The notes under the pieces are model-generated. The model made no database searches and was not told the origin of the DNA. It saw only the letters and a program-made list of their open reading frames with translations. Of a stretch of 64,000 nt of DNA, positions 12,722 to 22,897 are shown one piece after another. The position numbers and the translations under genes were made by a program. Source of the stretch: Clostridia bacterium (GTDB lineage: Bacteria; Bacillota; Clostridia; Oscillospirales; SIG627); contig JAFWZW010000018.1 of NCBI GenBank assembly GCA_017517325.1, positions 8,061 to 72,060 on the forward strand, read 5' to 3'. The first letter of the stretch is position 1. Each line of letters starts with the position of its first letter.

Positions 12722-13680
12722 GAAAGTCTCCTTTCCCCTTCTTCAACCAAAGCGGAAAGGACTTCCTCACCGGTGCCGTTCAGGGTACAGCCTGCCGCGG
12801 CAACGTGCCCGCCGCCACCGAAGGCGGCACAAAAGGCGGAAGCGTCAAAGGGTGCCTCGGAACGAACGGAGACCTTGAATACCCCTGGCTCCCGTTCCTT
12901 TGCCACCATCGCAACCTGAACTCCCTCGATCTGGCGAATCACGTTGATCATCGTATCCAATTCCCGATAATCGGCGTTCAGCTCCTTCTGGCGCTCCAGC
13001 GTAACGGCAAGATAGGCGATCCTACCGTGGGAAGCAAAGGAAACGTTCTCGGCCGCCTCTGCCTCCAAAAGCAGGCGAACGCGGGATTTTGTTTCAAACA
13101 TTGCTTTGTTAATCTTGTAAAAATCATTTTTTTCGGCAAAGCGGGAAAGGTACGCCGCCGCCAAAAAAGTCTTCTCCGTGGTGTTGGAATAACGGAAGCA
13201 CCCGGTATCCGTTGCCACGGCCGTATAAAGGGCACGGGCAAGGTAGGCATCCGGCTCTATTCCAAGGGCACGGATCACCTCTAAAATGATCTCTCCGCAG
13301 CTGGCGGCGGTTGGATCCACAAAGCGGTACCGCGCCTGAACCCTGCTGTTTTTGTGGTGATCCAGGCAAATATCAATGCGGTCTGCAAAAGCCGCGCCGC
13401 AGAGCATATCGGGCTCTGCCACGTCAACCGTTACGAAGTGGGTCGGCTCAAAGGGAGGGATCCCCTCCTCTTCTCCCGTAAGATAAGAAAATTCCTTTCC
13501 GAAGGGATCGGGGCAAAAGACCCTTGCTTTTCTGCCCATTTTCCGCAAGGCGTAAGCCAAGGCGTGGGCAGAGCCCGCGGCGTCTCCGTCGGGAGAACGG
13601 TGACATGCTACAAGGACCCGGTCAAAGATCGGGTCCTGTAAGGCTTTGATGAGATCGTTCCAATCAGTTCTCATTTCCAT
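12718..13680 (-). CDS. nrnA: DHH-family phosphoesterase (NrnA-type oligoribonuclease / pAp phosphatase)
   Basis: DHH motifs HRSPDGDAAGS, DVAE and CLDHHKN, plus a DHHA1 GGGH motif (FGGGGHVAAAG). Conserved position after rbfA. Confidence 0.85.
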   Translation of the reverse strand: MEMRTDWNDLIKALQDPIFDRVLVACHRSPDGDAAGSAHALAYALRKMGRKARVFCPDPFGKEFSYLTGEEEGIPPFEPTHFVTVDVAEPDMLCGAAFADRIDICLDHHKNSRVQARYRFVDPTAASCGEIILEVIRALGIEPDAYLARALYTAVATDTGCFRYSNTTEKTFLAAAYLSRFAEKNDFYKINKAMFETKSRVRLLLEAEAAENVSFASHGRIAYLAVTLERQKELNADYRELDTMINVIRQIEGVQVAMVAKEREPGVFKVSVRSEAPFDASAFCAAFGGGGHVAAAGCTLNGTGEEVLSALVEEGERRLS

Positions 13681-14014
13681 TGACGTTCAATTCCTTCAAC
13701 ACTTGAGCGATATAGGCGCCGTGCTCTGCAGATTTATCGTGCACGAAGGTAAGCTCCGGCGTTTGTCTCAGGTTGAGACGGGCGGCAAGAGACGAGCGCA
13801 AAAAGCCCGCGGCACATTCCAGCCCCTTCTGCACCTCGGCAGGGTCGCCGGTAATGGTGCCGAAATAGATCTTGGCAAATTTCAGATCCGGCGTTACTCT
13901 GGCGGCATTCACCGTAACAAAGGCGCCTGACACGCGAGGGTCTTTTACGTTGCGAATGATCTCACCCAGAGTCTGTGCTACCGAATCATTGATCCGTTCC
14001 TGTCTGTGATTCAT
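13664..14014 (-). CDS. rbfA: ribosome-binding factor A
   Basis: 116 aa. RINDSVAQTLGEIIRNVKDPRV...VTVNAARVTPDLKFAKIYF is the typical RbfA pattern. Position after infB. Confidence 0.9.
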   Translation of the reverse strand: MNHRQERINDSVAQTLGEIIRNVKDPRVSGAFVTVNAARVTPDLKFAKIYFGTITGDPAEVQKGLECAAGFLRSSLAARLNLRQTPELTFVHDKSAEHGAYIAQVLKELNVNGNEN

Positions 14015-14032
14015 AGATTCCTTTCAAAACGG

Positions 14033-16579
14033 TCAGTTCTTGACCTCTTCCATCACGTAGGCTTCCAGAACGTCACCCACGTGGATATCGTTGAATTTTT
14101 CAAGGCCGATACCGCACTCGTAGCCCTGAGCCACTTCCTTGGCGTCATCCTTAAATCTCTTGAGGGAGGAGATCTTATCCTCAAAAATTACTACGGAATC
14201 GCGAAGAACGCGGATCATAGCGTTACGGGTGATCTTACCGTCAAGCACGTAAGAGCCTGCGATCACGCCTACACCGGGTACGCGAATGGTCTGACGAACC
14301 TCTGCCTGACCCAGCACGTTCTCCTTGAAGGTGGGAGCCAGCATACCCTTCATAGCCTTTTCGATCTCTTCCAGGCACTCGTAGATGATGCGGTAAGTAC
14401 GGATATCCACCTGATTCTGAGCCGCGCTCTCCGTTGCACCGCGATCGGGGCGCACATTGAAGCCGACGATAATGGCTTCAGAAGCGGCGGCAAGCATAAC
14501 GTCGTTCTCGGTGATACCGCCTACGGCGTTGTGAATTACCTTAACCTTTACTTCTTCGCAGGAAAGCTTTTCCAGAGAAGCCTTCACAGCCTCTGCACTA
14601 CCCTGCACGTCAGCCTTCACGATGATATTCAGGCTCTTGACGCCCTCCTTCATCTGGTTGAAAAAGTCCTCAAGGCTGACCTTGGCGTTGGCGCGAAATT
14701 CTTCTTCCTTCTGCTGATCTTTTCTCTGATCGGCAAGCTCTCTTGCCATCTTTTCATCTTTAACGGCGTTGAAAATGTCACCGGCACCGGGCACCTGATC
14801 CAAACCCAAGATCTCTACGGGAACGCTGGGACCTGCGGTTTTTACGTTTCTGCCCTTATCGTCGGTCATAGCACGGACTCTGCCCACGGCACCGCCCGCA
14901 ATGATCACATCACCCACGTGGAGGGTACCGTTCTGCACCAGAACGGTGGCAACGGGGCCTCTGCCCTTATCCAGTTTGGCTTCGATAACGGCGCCCTTTG
15001 CCTCTCTGTCGGGGTTGGCCTTAAGATCTGCCATTTCGGCAACCAGAAGAATGTTCTCCAAAAGATCCGGAATGCCTTTTTTGGTAAGAGCCGAAACGGG
15101 AACGCAGATCACGTCACCGCCCCACTCTTCAGGCACCAGATCGTACTTGGTCAATTCCTGCTTGATAGAATCGGGGTTGGCACCGGGCTTATCCATCTTG
15201 TTGATGGCAACGATGATGGAAACTCCGGCTGCCTTGGCGTGGTTGATGGCTTCCACCGTCTGAGGCATAATACCGTCGTCAGCGGCAACCACCAGAACAG
15301 CAATATCGGTGAGCTGGGCGCCGCGGGCGCGCATAGCGGTAAAGGCGGCGTGACCGGGGGTATCCAGGAAGGTGATGGGCTTGCCCTCCACCTCAATGCG
15401 ATATGCACCGATATGCTGAGTAATACCACCTGCTTCTCCTGCAGCAATGTTGGCGTGACGGATGGCATCCAAAATAGAGGTCTTACCGTGGTCAACGTGA
15501 CCCATAACTACCACTACGGGACTTCTTTCTTCCAGATCTTCCGCCTCGTCCACGTGCTCGTCAATGAGTTTTTCTTCAATGGTGACCACCTTCAAGGGGC
15601 GTGCCTCGGAGCCAAATTCATCGGCAACCAAGGCGGCGGTATCAAAATCAATGCTCTGGTTGGCAGTTGCCATTGCACCCATCAGCATCAGTTTCTTCAT
15701 AACGTCAGCAGTGGTAACGCGCAGTTCCTTTGCCAGATCCGATACCACGATGGTCTCGGGGATCTCGATATATTCGGGAATGGTGGCTCTTACCACAGGC
15801 TCGTTGCCGCGCTTTTTCTTATCGGGTCTGCGGGGGCGGCGGGGGGTCATACGACGGCGGTTCTGATCGTTACCGAATTCATAGTTCTTTTCGTCGTACT
15901 TGGAAAGATCGATATCCACGATCTTGGTATCAATGATGCGGGTTTCCTTCTTCTTGGCAACAAATTCCGTTTTGGGGCCGTTGAAGACAGGGGTATTGTT
16001 CGTGGAGGGAACACGCTTTTCACCCTTTTCTTCACGCTTTTTATCCTTTTTGTTGTCAACCTTGCCGGGACGGGCGGCAGCGAAGCGATCCGTCATCTGC
16101 TGCTTCTTTTTTTCAGCCTCAGCCTTGGCGGCGGCAGCCTTTTCGGCGGCGGCCTTCTCAGCAGCAGCCTTTTCAGCGGCGGCCTTTTCGGCAGCAGCTC
16201 TCTCTGCAGCCTCCTTTGCGGCTTTTTCGGCGGCGGCCTTCTCAGCAGCGGCCTTTTCGGCAGCAGCCTTCTCAGCGGCGGCTTTTTCGGCAGCAGCCTT
16301 CTCTGCGGCGGCCTTTTCGGCGGCAGCTCTTTCGGCTGCTTCCTTTTCGGCGATTTCCTGCGCCGTTGCCTTCACCTTATATTTTCCGTCGATATAATCG
16401 TTAATATTCTCCACGGGAAAACGATCCATCAAGCTCTGCAAAGCAAAGCTTACCTCGTCATTCTCCAGCGTACCGCCGGTCTGCTTGGTCATACCGAGCT
16501 CGCCGAAGATGGCAACCAGATCCTTTGATTTGATCTCAAGATCCTTTGCAAGTTGACTGATTTTCACTGTATTTGCCAT
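14033..16579 (-). CDS. infB: translation initiation factor IF-2
   Basis: GTPase motifs [18 protein letters not shown] and NKMD. Conserved C-terminal domains. GGAGGG RBS. Confidence 0.95.
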   Translation of the reverse strand: MANTVKISQLAKDLEIKSKDLVAIFGELGMTKQTGGTLENDEVSFALQSLMDRFPVENINDYIDGKYKVKATAQEIAEKEAAERAAAEKAAAEKAAAEKAAAEKAAAEKAAAEKAAAEKAAKEAAERAAAEKAAAEKAAAEKAAAEKAAAAKAEAEKKKQQMTDRFAAARPGKVDNKKDKKREEKGEKRVPSTNNTPVFNGPKTEFVAKKKETRIIDTKIVDIDLSKYDEKNYEFGNDQNRRRMTPRRPRRPDKKKRGNEPVVRATIPEYIEIPETIVVSDLAKELRVTTADVMKKLMLMGAMATANQSIDFDTAALVADEFGSEARPLKVVTIEEKLIDEHVDEAEDLEERSPVVVVMGHVDHGKTSILDAIRHANIAAGEAGGITQHIGAYRIEVEGKPITFLDTPGHAAFTAMRARGAQLTDIAVLVVAADDGIMPQTVEAINHAKAAGVSIIVAINKMDKPGANPDSIKQELTKYDLVPEEWGGDVICVPVSALTKKGIPDLLENILLVAEMADLKANPDREAKGAVIEAKLDKGRGPVATVLVQNGTLHVGDVIIAGGAVGRVRAMTDDKGRNVKTAGPSVPVEILGLDQVPGAGDIFNAVKDEKMARELADQRKDQQKEEEFRANAKVSLEDFFNQMKEGVKSLNIIVKADVQGSAEAVKASLEKLSCEEVKVKVIHNAVGGITENDVMLAAASEAIIVGFNVRPDRGATESAAQNQVDIRTYRIIYECLEEIEKAMKGMLAPTFKENVLGQAEVRQTIRVPGVGVIAGSYVLDGKITRNAMIRVLRDSVVIFEDKISSLKRFKDDAKEVAQGYECGIGLEKFNDIHVGDVLEAYVMEEVKN
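16100..16348 (-). repeat. 15-bp in-frame tandem repeat inside infB, encoding (AAAEK)n
   Basis: The protein reads AAAEK x7, then AAKEAAER, then AAAEK x4. This produces the AAFS-repeat shadow ORF on the + strand. Confidence 0.85.
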
Positions 16580-16598
16580 AAAATCCCTCCAAACGGCT

Positions 16599-16901
16599 TC
16601 AAAGCGAAGCCAAAACTAAATTCACAAACTCTTTGGGAACCGCCACGCAAACGGCTTCTCCCTGCTTTCCGATACAGCGGGCAAGCTCATTCTTGTTCAA
16701 GGGGATGCGCCGCACGGGAACATTTCCCGCTTCTGCCAGAGCGCAAAGTTTTTTCTCCGCGTCCTTTCCCGCATCCTCCGCCAAAAGCACAAGCTTTGCC
16801 TTGCCGGAATGCACTTCTTCCTTCACCAGATAAAGCCCGCTGGTAATTCTGCCCGCCCTGCGGCAAAGCCCAAGGGCACCGGCGATCCTTTCACCCGTCA
16901 T
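16599..16901 (-). CDS. ylxQ: L7Ae-family RNA-binding protein (YlxQ-like)
   Basis: [22 protein letters not shown] resembles the YlxQ N-terminus. The ATG overlaps the ylxR stop (ATGA). Canonical position between ylxR and infB. Confidence 0.8.
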   Translation of the reverse strand: MTGERIAGALGLCRRAGRITSGLYLVKEEVHSGKAKLVLLAEDAGKDAEKKLCALAEAGNVPVRRIPLNKNELARCIGKQGEAVCVAVPKEFVNLVLASL

Positions 16902-17161
16902 CCTTCGATCTTCTCCTCCAGAGCATTCCAGATCTCCTCCGGAATGGCGGTATCCAAATTTCGCTCCAGCCTTTTTGCTTTTCTGGCCTTTTGCAAGCAA
17001 GACTTCTTGGGGCAGAGGTAAACGCCCCTTCCGTTTGCCTTACCGGTATCATCCAGAACGATCTCCCCTTCGGGGGTTCTTACCACACGGACAAATTCCT
17101 TTTTACTCTTTTGCTCACTGCAACCGGCACAGCGGCGCAGGGGCACTTTTTTTACCGTCAT
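16898..17161 (-). CDS. ylxR: YlxR/RnpM family (DUF448) RNA-binding protein
   Basis: PLRRCAGC...GRGVYLC signature. Located directly after nusA. Confidence 0.85.
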   Translation of the reverse strand: MTVKKVPLRRCAGCSEQKSKKEFVRVVRTPEGEIVLDDTGKANGRGVYLCPKKSCLQKARKAKRLERNLDTAIPEEIWNALEEKIEG

Positions 17162-17163
17162 TT

Positions 17164-18186
17164 TTATGCCTTAATGTCGATCTTATAGCCCGTAAGCTTT
17201 GCAGCCAGACGCACGTTCTGACCTTCCTTACCGATGGCAAGGGAAAGCTGATCGGCGGCAACTGCCACCTGACTGGTCTTATCATCCATCACGTCAACGG
17301 AAAGAACTGTCGCAGGGGAAAGGCTGGCGGCGATGAACTCTGCGGGATCTTCGCTGTATTTTACCAGATCGATCTTTTCACCGGGAACCTGACGCAGAAT
17401 GTTGGACTTTCTCAAGCCCTTCAGACCGATACAGCTACCGATGGGATCCACATTTTCATCTCTGGAATAGACGGCCACCTTGGTGCGGCTGCCCGCTTCT
17501 CTCGCGATGCTATGGATGATCACGGTGCCATCCTGAATTTCGGGAACCTCGCTCTCAAACAGACGCTTGATGAAGTTAGGGTGAGTACGGGAGAGCACGA
17601 TAATGGGGTTGCGGGTCTCCTTCTTCACTTCGCAAACATACACCTTCACGCTGTCACCTACCTTGAAGCGGTCGGTGGGAAGCTGTTCTGCACGAACCAG
17701 AGTTGCCTGGGTATTTTCAAATTCCAGGATCACGTTACCGGTGAGGCGCTCGATGATCACAACGGTACCGGTGATGATCCCTTCGGTCTTTTTTTCATAT
17801 TCTTCGATGAGCCTGCCTCTTTCAGCCTCGCGGATGCCCTGCACGATCACCTGCTTTGCGTTCTGGGCGGGAATGCGGCCGAAATTCTTGGGCTTGAACT
17901 CGTATTCCTGAACGTCGCCGATCTTGGCGCGCTTGGATTTCTTTCTCGCGGTTTCCAGATCCAGCTCACACTTGGGGTTCTGCACCTCTTCCACAACGGT
18001 CATCAGGCGGTACATCTTCACGTTGCGCTTCACGGGATCGATGACCACACGCACGTTGGATTCATTGTCGTTTTCTTTTTTATAGCCGGCAAGAAGAGCG
18101 GCTTCCACCCTCTCCAGCATAAATTCCTTGGGAATTCCTTTTTCTCTTTCCAGTGCCTCCAGGGCGTCAAAAAAATCGTTGTTCAT
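17164..18186 (-). CDS. nusA: transcription termination/antitermination factor NusA
   Basis: N-terminal domain, S1 and two KH regions (GIDPIGSCIGLKG, AIGKEGQNVRLAAKLTG). Confidence 0.95.
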   Translation of the reverse strand: MNNDFFDALEALEREKGIPKEFMLERVEAALLAGYKKENDNESNVRVVIDPVKRNVKMYRLMTVVEEVQNPKCELDLETARKKSKRAKIGDVQEYEFKPKNFGRIPAQNAKQVIVQGIREAERGRLIEEYEKKTEGIITGTVVIIERLTGNVILEFENTQATLVRAEQLPTDRFKVGDSVKVYVCEVKKETRNPIIVLSRTHPNFIKRLFESEVPEIQDGTVIIHSIAREAGSRTKVAVYSRDENVDPIGSCIGLKGLRKSNILRQVPGEKIDLVKYSEDPAEFIAASLSPATVLSVDVMDDKTSQVAVAADQLSLAIGKEGQNVRLAAKLTGYKIDIKA

Positions 18187-18213
18187 TTCGTGATCCTTTC
18201 AAGCTTTGTAACT

Positions 18214-18702
18214 TTAGAAATTTTCATAAACCGTTGCGGCTCTTGCCACCTGCTCGCCGGGGAATCTCCGTTCCTTGCCGTCGTCGGTCAGAAGGCAAAA
18301 GACACCGTCTTCATAAGACAAAAGAGTGCCGATAAAACTTTTTTCTCCGTCTACGGGTGCATACAGGCGCAAGGAGATCCTCTCGCCCAGATAGTAGAGA
18401 ACGTGCTCTTCCCGATTCAGGACTCTCTCCAGCCCCGCAGAGGAAACCTCAAGGTAGTAGTTATCCTCAATGGGGTCGTGCTCGTCAAGAAGGGGGCTTA
18501 ACATACGGGAGACCTTTTCGCAGTCATCCAGATCGATCTGGCGGGTGCGGTCGGGCTGTTCGATGGTTACAAGAAGGTTGAAATCTGTCCCTTCTTTATA
18601 ATAATCAACGTCCCAAAGAAGATAACCTGCTTTTTCCACAGGCTCGCGGACGATCGATTCTACCAATGCGGCGATTTTGCCGCGTCCTTTTTTCTCTGCC
18701 AA
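18214..18702 (-). CDS. rimP: ribosome maturation factor RimP
   Basis: LEVSSAGLERVL is the RimP-type motif (EVSSPG-like). Start taken at TTG 18700-18702, behind GAGAGGAA, rather than the longer track ORF. Confidence 0.85.
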   Translation of the reverse strand: MAEKKGRGKIAALVESIVREPVEKAGYLLWDVDYYKEGTDFNLLVTIEQPDRTRQIDLDDCEKVSRMLSPLLDEHDPIEDNYYLEVSSAGLERVLNREEHVLYYLGERISLRLYAPVDGEKSFIGTLLSYEDGVFCLLTDDGKERRFPGEQVARAATVYENF

Positions 18703-18912
18703 ATCCGTTCCTCTCAAAAAAAGTCTTACAACAAGCAAAGTGAGTAGAGCGGCTTCCCACTCTACTCCCATACCATCATCTTATTGCTATGGAAGTATTT
18801 TACCACAGCTTTTTAAAAAAATCAAGACATTTTTTATTTTTTTCATTTTTTCCTACTTTATATTGTAAGAAACGGAAAAATGTGGTAAACTAAACTAAAG
18901 GAGTTTTTACTT

Positions 18913-20061
18913 ATGATAGACAGTTTTCAGATCAAAGATATCAGCCAATTTGGAAGAAACGGCTTTTTTGAAAAAAGTTTTACGCTTACGTTGCATTCCC
19001 CCTGCAGCGACTGTATGATCATCACCGCTTTTTCACGTTACGAAGGGGAGGTTGCCCCGTGGATCGAATTTTCCCTGATCAGCGACCTGTTCCCCGAACG
19101 GGCGGTTTACCGTTCCCATTTCTATAGAGTGGGAAGAGTTGGGGAATGGACCCGTCAGCAGTGGCGTGTTCCCCCTGCGTTTCATCCCTCTATCCACACG
19201 GAGATCACCGTTACCATTCCCGAAGGTACCCGTTTGGAGCTGACGGATTTTCACAGCAGCTATTCCTTCGGCTCAAGGCCCTGGCCCGAAAGCGGACCCC
19301 GCCACAACGCCCACCTTGGCTTTTGGGGGATCGCCCCCTCCAATTCCCGCCGCGCCGTGGAGCTGGCCGCTCAATGCGGATTTTCCTCCTGCATCGTAAA
19401 TATCAAAGAAACCCTTGACGGGCACGTGGTTTGCTATCACGATCCCACCATCAACAAGCTCGCTACCGACAAAGACGGAAACCGCATTAAGGATAACCCC
19501 GAGGTTCCGCCCCTGCCCATTTCGGAAATGACCCTAAAGGAGCTCCGGGAATGGGATCTTGGCAGCTACAGACACCCTCTTTTTTCCGATTTCCGTATTT
19601 TGACTATGGAGGAGGCCTTCCGCATTATGGCAAAAACGGGGATCCATCCTATGTTCAGCACCCACCCTGCCCCTTCCGACGCGGCCTGGGAAAAGGTAAA
19701 GGATATGCTTCTGCGCTACGGGCTGACGAAAAAATTCCACGTCAAATCCTTTAAATTGCCAATCCTGGAGCGTGCCTACTCTATCTTCGGCGATACCATT
19801 GACGGCTACACCTGGGATAAGGGCAACGTGGAGGATTTCAAGAAATCCAAGCTCTACGGTGCAAATTGCCGCCTTGGAATTGAATTGGTCAAAAAGGATA
19901 TGACGCGTGAGCTTGCCAGAGAAATCATCAACGCGGGCTTCTTTGCCGCCGTATTCGGTTTAAAGGAGCAGGTGCATTACGAGGAATTTGAAGAGCTGAT
20001 GGAATGGGGCGTAACGGAATTTACGGAAGACCATCACTGCTCTATGGGTCTTAATTGGTAA
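18913..20061 (+). CDS. glycerophosphodiester phosphodiesterase (GDPD)-like protein, catalytic residues partly substituted
   Basis: The C-terminal half follows the GDPD pattern (AHLGFWGIAPSNSRRAVELAAQCGF...DGHVVCYHDPTINKL...MTLKELREWDLG...LTMEEAF). However HRG becomes HLG, ENT becomes SNS, and E-x-D becomes N-x-K. Confidence 0.5.
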   Translation: MIDSFQIKDISQFGRNGFFEKSFTLTLHSPCSDCMIITAFSRYEGEVAPWIEFSLISDLFPERAVYRSHFYRVGRVGEWTRQQWRVPPAFHPSIHTEITVTIPEGTRLELTDFHSSYSFGSRPWPESGPRHNAHLGFWGIAPSNSRRAVELAAQCGFSSCIVNIKETLDGHVVCYHDPTINKLATDKDGNRIKDNPEVPPLPISEMTLKELREWDLGSYRHPLFSDFRILTMEEAFRIMAKTGIHPMFSTHPAPSDAAWEKVKDMLLRYGLTKKFHVKSFKLPILERAYSIFGDTIDGYTWDKGNVEDFKKSKLYGANCRLGIELVKKDMTRELAREIINAGFFAAVFGLKEQVHYEEFEELMEWGVTEFTEDHHCSMGLNW

Positions 20062-20094
20062 AAATTACGAATTTAATCAAAAGGAGAATCATTT

Positions 20095-20700
20095 ATGAAC
20101 AGCAAACGGATGCGTCGCAGACTTGCATTGCTTCTTTCCCTTTCCCTTGCCCTTTCTCTTTTTTCCTGCGGTGAGACTGCCGCTCCTACCGTAGAGGGTG
20201 ATGGGTTTTCCACCTTTGTGGATGGAGCCGAAAACACCGCAGAGACCGATCCCCCCATTGATACCGAAGCTTTAGCCGAGCGGGAAGAAAAGATAGACGA
20301 GGCGGAAATGATCGACGTGGTCCGCTCCTGGGTCGGTTTTTCCGATCGCGGTGTGCTGGACACCCCCGATTCCTTTCAGGCAGTACCCATCAAAACCAAA
20401 TCCGACCTCGACCCCTACCGCTCTTTCCTGACGGAATTGACAGAGGAAGAGGAAACAGCCTTCCTTGCCGATAAAAACGGTTACTGCGTGCTTCTTGAGA
20501 TCACAGCCAAAAGCGACCGTCACTACTGCGATATTTCATCCATTTACAATACCGGCAACACCATTGAGATCTGCGTTTCAGAGTTTGAGGAAGAGGATCC
20601 TCTGGCAGATCCACAGCCCCTTCACAGCTTCTATCTATTTTACTTCCCAGGTGAAGTATACCACAACGAAACGGTTAAAACGCTGTTCAGTATTTTCTAA
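20095..20700 (+). CDS. lipoprotein of unknown function
   Basis: Signal peptide and lipobox LSLFSCGE. AAAGGAG RBS. Confidence 0.6.
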   Translation: MNSKRMRRRLALLLSLSLALSLFSCGETAAPTVEGDGFSTFVDGAENTAETDPPIDTEALAEREEKIDEAEMIDVVRSWVGFSDRGVLDTPDSFQAVPIKTKSDLDPYRSFLTELTEEEETAFLADKNGYCVLLEITAKSDRHYCDISSIYNTGNTIEICVSEFEEEDPLADPQPLHSFYLFYFPGEVYHNETVKTLFSIF

Positions 20701-20706
20701 GGCAAA

Positions 20707-21786
20707 ATGATCCATTATCTTTCAAGCTCCGGCCAAGCCGTAAGCGGTGCTCTCACCGAAATCGGAAAAAAGCAGGCAACGCTTTTAGGATCACGTTTAA
20801 AAGCGATCCCCTTTGAGGGAACGATCCTCTTTGCGCCTGATTCCCCTTGCGAAAAGACCGCCGATATCCTTTCGGAAATCCTCTCCGTTCCAAAAAAAGA
20901 AGCCGCCTTCCTCGTAGGCGAAAAGGAGAACGAAGCCCTTAAAGAGCGGGTGGGAGAGGGCTATCAAAACGCCCTTGGCTTTCACGGTGAAGAAGATCTT
21001 CTGTTTTTGGCGCCGAGGGAGGTTTGCGAAGCACTTGCTTCCCTTTTTGAACTGAAGATCCCGAAGGGCGTTCATTCATTTGACTGCGCTCTTACCGTGT
21101 TTAACCCCGTTTCTTGGCGCTTCATTCCCACCGTGTTCGATACCGCTCACCTCCCCTATGATGCTATCACCTTGGGAGAAAAGAGCGCGAGAGATTTAGA
21201 CGCGGAGCTGTTCGCATCCCAATATCAAGGCGTCATCCCCCTGCCGGATCTTTCCGATTTTACCGGAGAGCGGATCCTTCACATCGGAGATACGGATTCC
21301 GCCACTTACCCCTATTTCAGAAAGCTCATTGAAATGGTAAAGCCGCAGATCATTCTTCACACCGGAGATCTGGCAGACGAAGTAAAATTGGAGCGCTTTC
21401 CCGAGCGGGCGGAGGAATACCGCTTCAAAGCCGCTCACCTGATCGACATTATGCGCCAAAGCGGTGCGAACATGATCCTTGTTGTGGGAAACCACGATTC
21501 CTATGATATCTTAAAGGAATTGGCACCTGATGCTGAGATCCTGATGCCCGGAAGCGAGGCGATCCTCTCCGGCGTTCCTTGCCGCTTGGGGCATAAGGTC
21601 AAGGAGATGATCTTCGACCGAAAATACTGCCTGTACGGCCACGGAATGGCAGGCGAGACCTGGCGCTACGGCTTCAACCACCCCGGGAAGCCATGCCGCT
21701 TCAACGTTGCCTTCGGCTCTTTTATTTACGATCTGGCAAACGATCGCTTCGAGAGAGTGCCGCGGGTCACAGCGGCAAGCCTTTGA
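20707..21786 (+). CDS. calcineurin-like metallophosphoesterase with an N-terminal degenerate histidine-phosphatase-like region
   Basis: C-terminal half carries ILHIGDTDS, ILHTGDLADE, VVGNHD and GHG. The N-terminal region resembles a PGM-family fold (LTEIGKKQATLLGSRL) without the RHG motif. Confidence 0.6.
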   Translation: MIHYLSSSGQAVSGALTEIGKKQATLLGSRLKAIPFEGTILFAPDSPCEKTADILSEILSVPKKEAAFLVGEKENEALKERVGEGYQNALGFHGEEDLLFLAPREVCEALASLFELKIPKGVHSFDCALTVFNPVSWRFIPTVFDTAHLPYDAITLGEKSARDLDAELFASQYQGVIPLPDLSDFTGERILHIGDTDSATYPYFRKLIEMVKPQIILHTGDLADEVKLERFPERAEEYRFKAAHLIDIMRQSGANMILVVGNHDSYDILKELAPDAEILMPGSEAILSGVPCRLGHKVKEMIFDRKYCLYGHGMAGETWRYGFNHPGKPCRFNVAFGSFIYDLANDRFERVPRVTAASL

Positions 21787-21791
21787 GCAAG

Positions 21792-21822
21792 AAAAAAGAC
21801 TTCGAATTGAAGTCTTTTTTTC
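21792..21822. terminator. bidirectional terminator between convergent genes
   Basis: Stem agacttc / gaagtct with a flanking A-run and T-run. Confidence 0.7.
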
Positions 21823-21830
21823 TTTTATGA

Positions 21831-22886
21831 TCAAACACCCGGAACCGTCCAGGTGTTTTCCAGCGAGTAATTGGCGCTTTCCTTAATGGTGTGCTTCAAA
21901 TCCTCGGTGAGGATCAGATCGCCCTGGGACTGATAGCGGCTCTGTCTCTTCTTGGCGGGAACCTTATCCAGTTTTACTTCTTCAATGGGTTTACCCGTAA
22001 GCTGCGCGTAGAAAGAGTACGCGGCGATGACTCTGCCCAGATCGCTCAGGTGGGTATAATCCCGATAGAGCGCCTTCTGACTCAAACCCAGAACGCGGTT
22101 GGCATACAGGATAGCAGAGCCGGTACTGAAGACGTAAGTGTAGCGGGGATCGGGCGTGATATTCTTTTCGGTGAGACGGATATAGTGGTTGAACTGACGA
22201 ACGGGATCCAAGCCATATCGGTCGATCATTTTTTGCTGATGACCGGCAGGAGGCTTGACAGGCCAATTATTAGACCAGATATCGGGATCGTTGGGGTTGG
22301 GCCAGGAAGCGTGCCAACCAAACACGTGCTCCGTGGGGAGGTACTGATCCACCAGCTCCATCAGCCGATCCCGATGCTTTTGTGCCAGCGTTTCATCCTG
22401 AAAATCGGTGTGGCCACACTGGAAGAAGACGATATCCCATTCGTGGTCCTTCAGGGCGTCCTGCATAGTGGACTGCTCGGTACGGACGTAATTCACTTCA
22501 CTGCTTTCGTAATAGTCGTAAACCGCCTGATTGTTTTCACAAAAATGCACGTGCTGATACTGGCTGCAGCCGCTGTAGTAGAGGAAGCCCAAGGTATAAC
22601 GCGTATCAAAGCCCTGAGCGTTAAAAACCCGTGCAAGCTGGAAAAACAAGTCGTTAGAATGGCTGTTTCCGATGATCAGAATTCTGGTTACGTTTCGTTC
22701 CAGCTGACTTTGGGGCAGATATCCTTCCTGCTTGATTTCGGTCTCTTCTTCCGCAGTGGTTTCCGCCACAACCGTTTCGGTTTCTGCCTTCATCTCATCC
22801 ACGGCAAGCTCGGAGACGCCGCAGGCAAACAGAAGAGGAAGCACCATGACAAGAGTCAAAAGCAAAGCTAAAATTCGTTTCATCAT
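21831..22886 (-). CDS. lipoprotein, SGNH/DUF4886-like hydrolase fold
   Basis: Start at ATGATG 22881-22886 behind AAAGGAGA. Lipobox LLFACG. ILIIGNSHSNDL resembles the GDSL/SGNH block I of DUF4886 proteins. Confidence 0.55.
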   Translation of the reverse strand: MMKRILALLLTLVMVLPLLFACGVSELAVDEMKAETETVVAETTAEEETEIKQEGYLPQSQLERNVTRILIIGNSHSNDLFFQLARVFNAQGFDTRYTLGFLYYSGCSQYQHVHFCENNQAVYDYYESSEVNYVRTEQSTMQDALKDHEWDIVFFQCGHTDFQDETLAQKHRDRLMELVDQYLPTEHVFGWHASWPNPNDPDIWSNNWPVKPPAGHQQKMIDRYGLDPVRQFNHYIRLTEKNITPDPRYTYVFSTGSAILYANRVLGLSQKALYRDYTHLSDLGRVIAAYSFYAQLTGKPIEEVKLDKVPAKKRQSRYQSQGDLILTEDLKHTIKESANYSLENTWTVPGV

Positions 22887-22897
22887 ACTGTCTCCTT

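Noticed and set aside
14006-16528. 840-aa ORF on the + strand
   Set aside because: It is antisense to infB, whose GTPase motifs are unambiguous. It is a shadow ORF, and the AAFS repeats are simply the complement of the (AAAEK)n repeat.
16975-18501. 508-aa ORF on the + strand
   Set aside because: It is antisense to ylxR, nusA and rimP. It has no motifs and no RBS.
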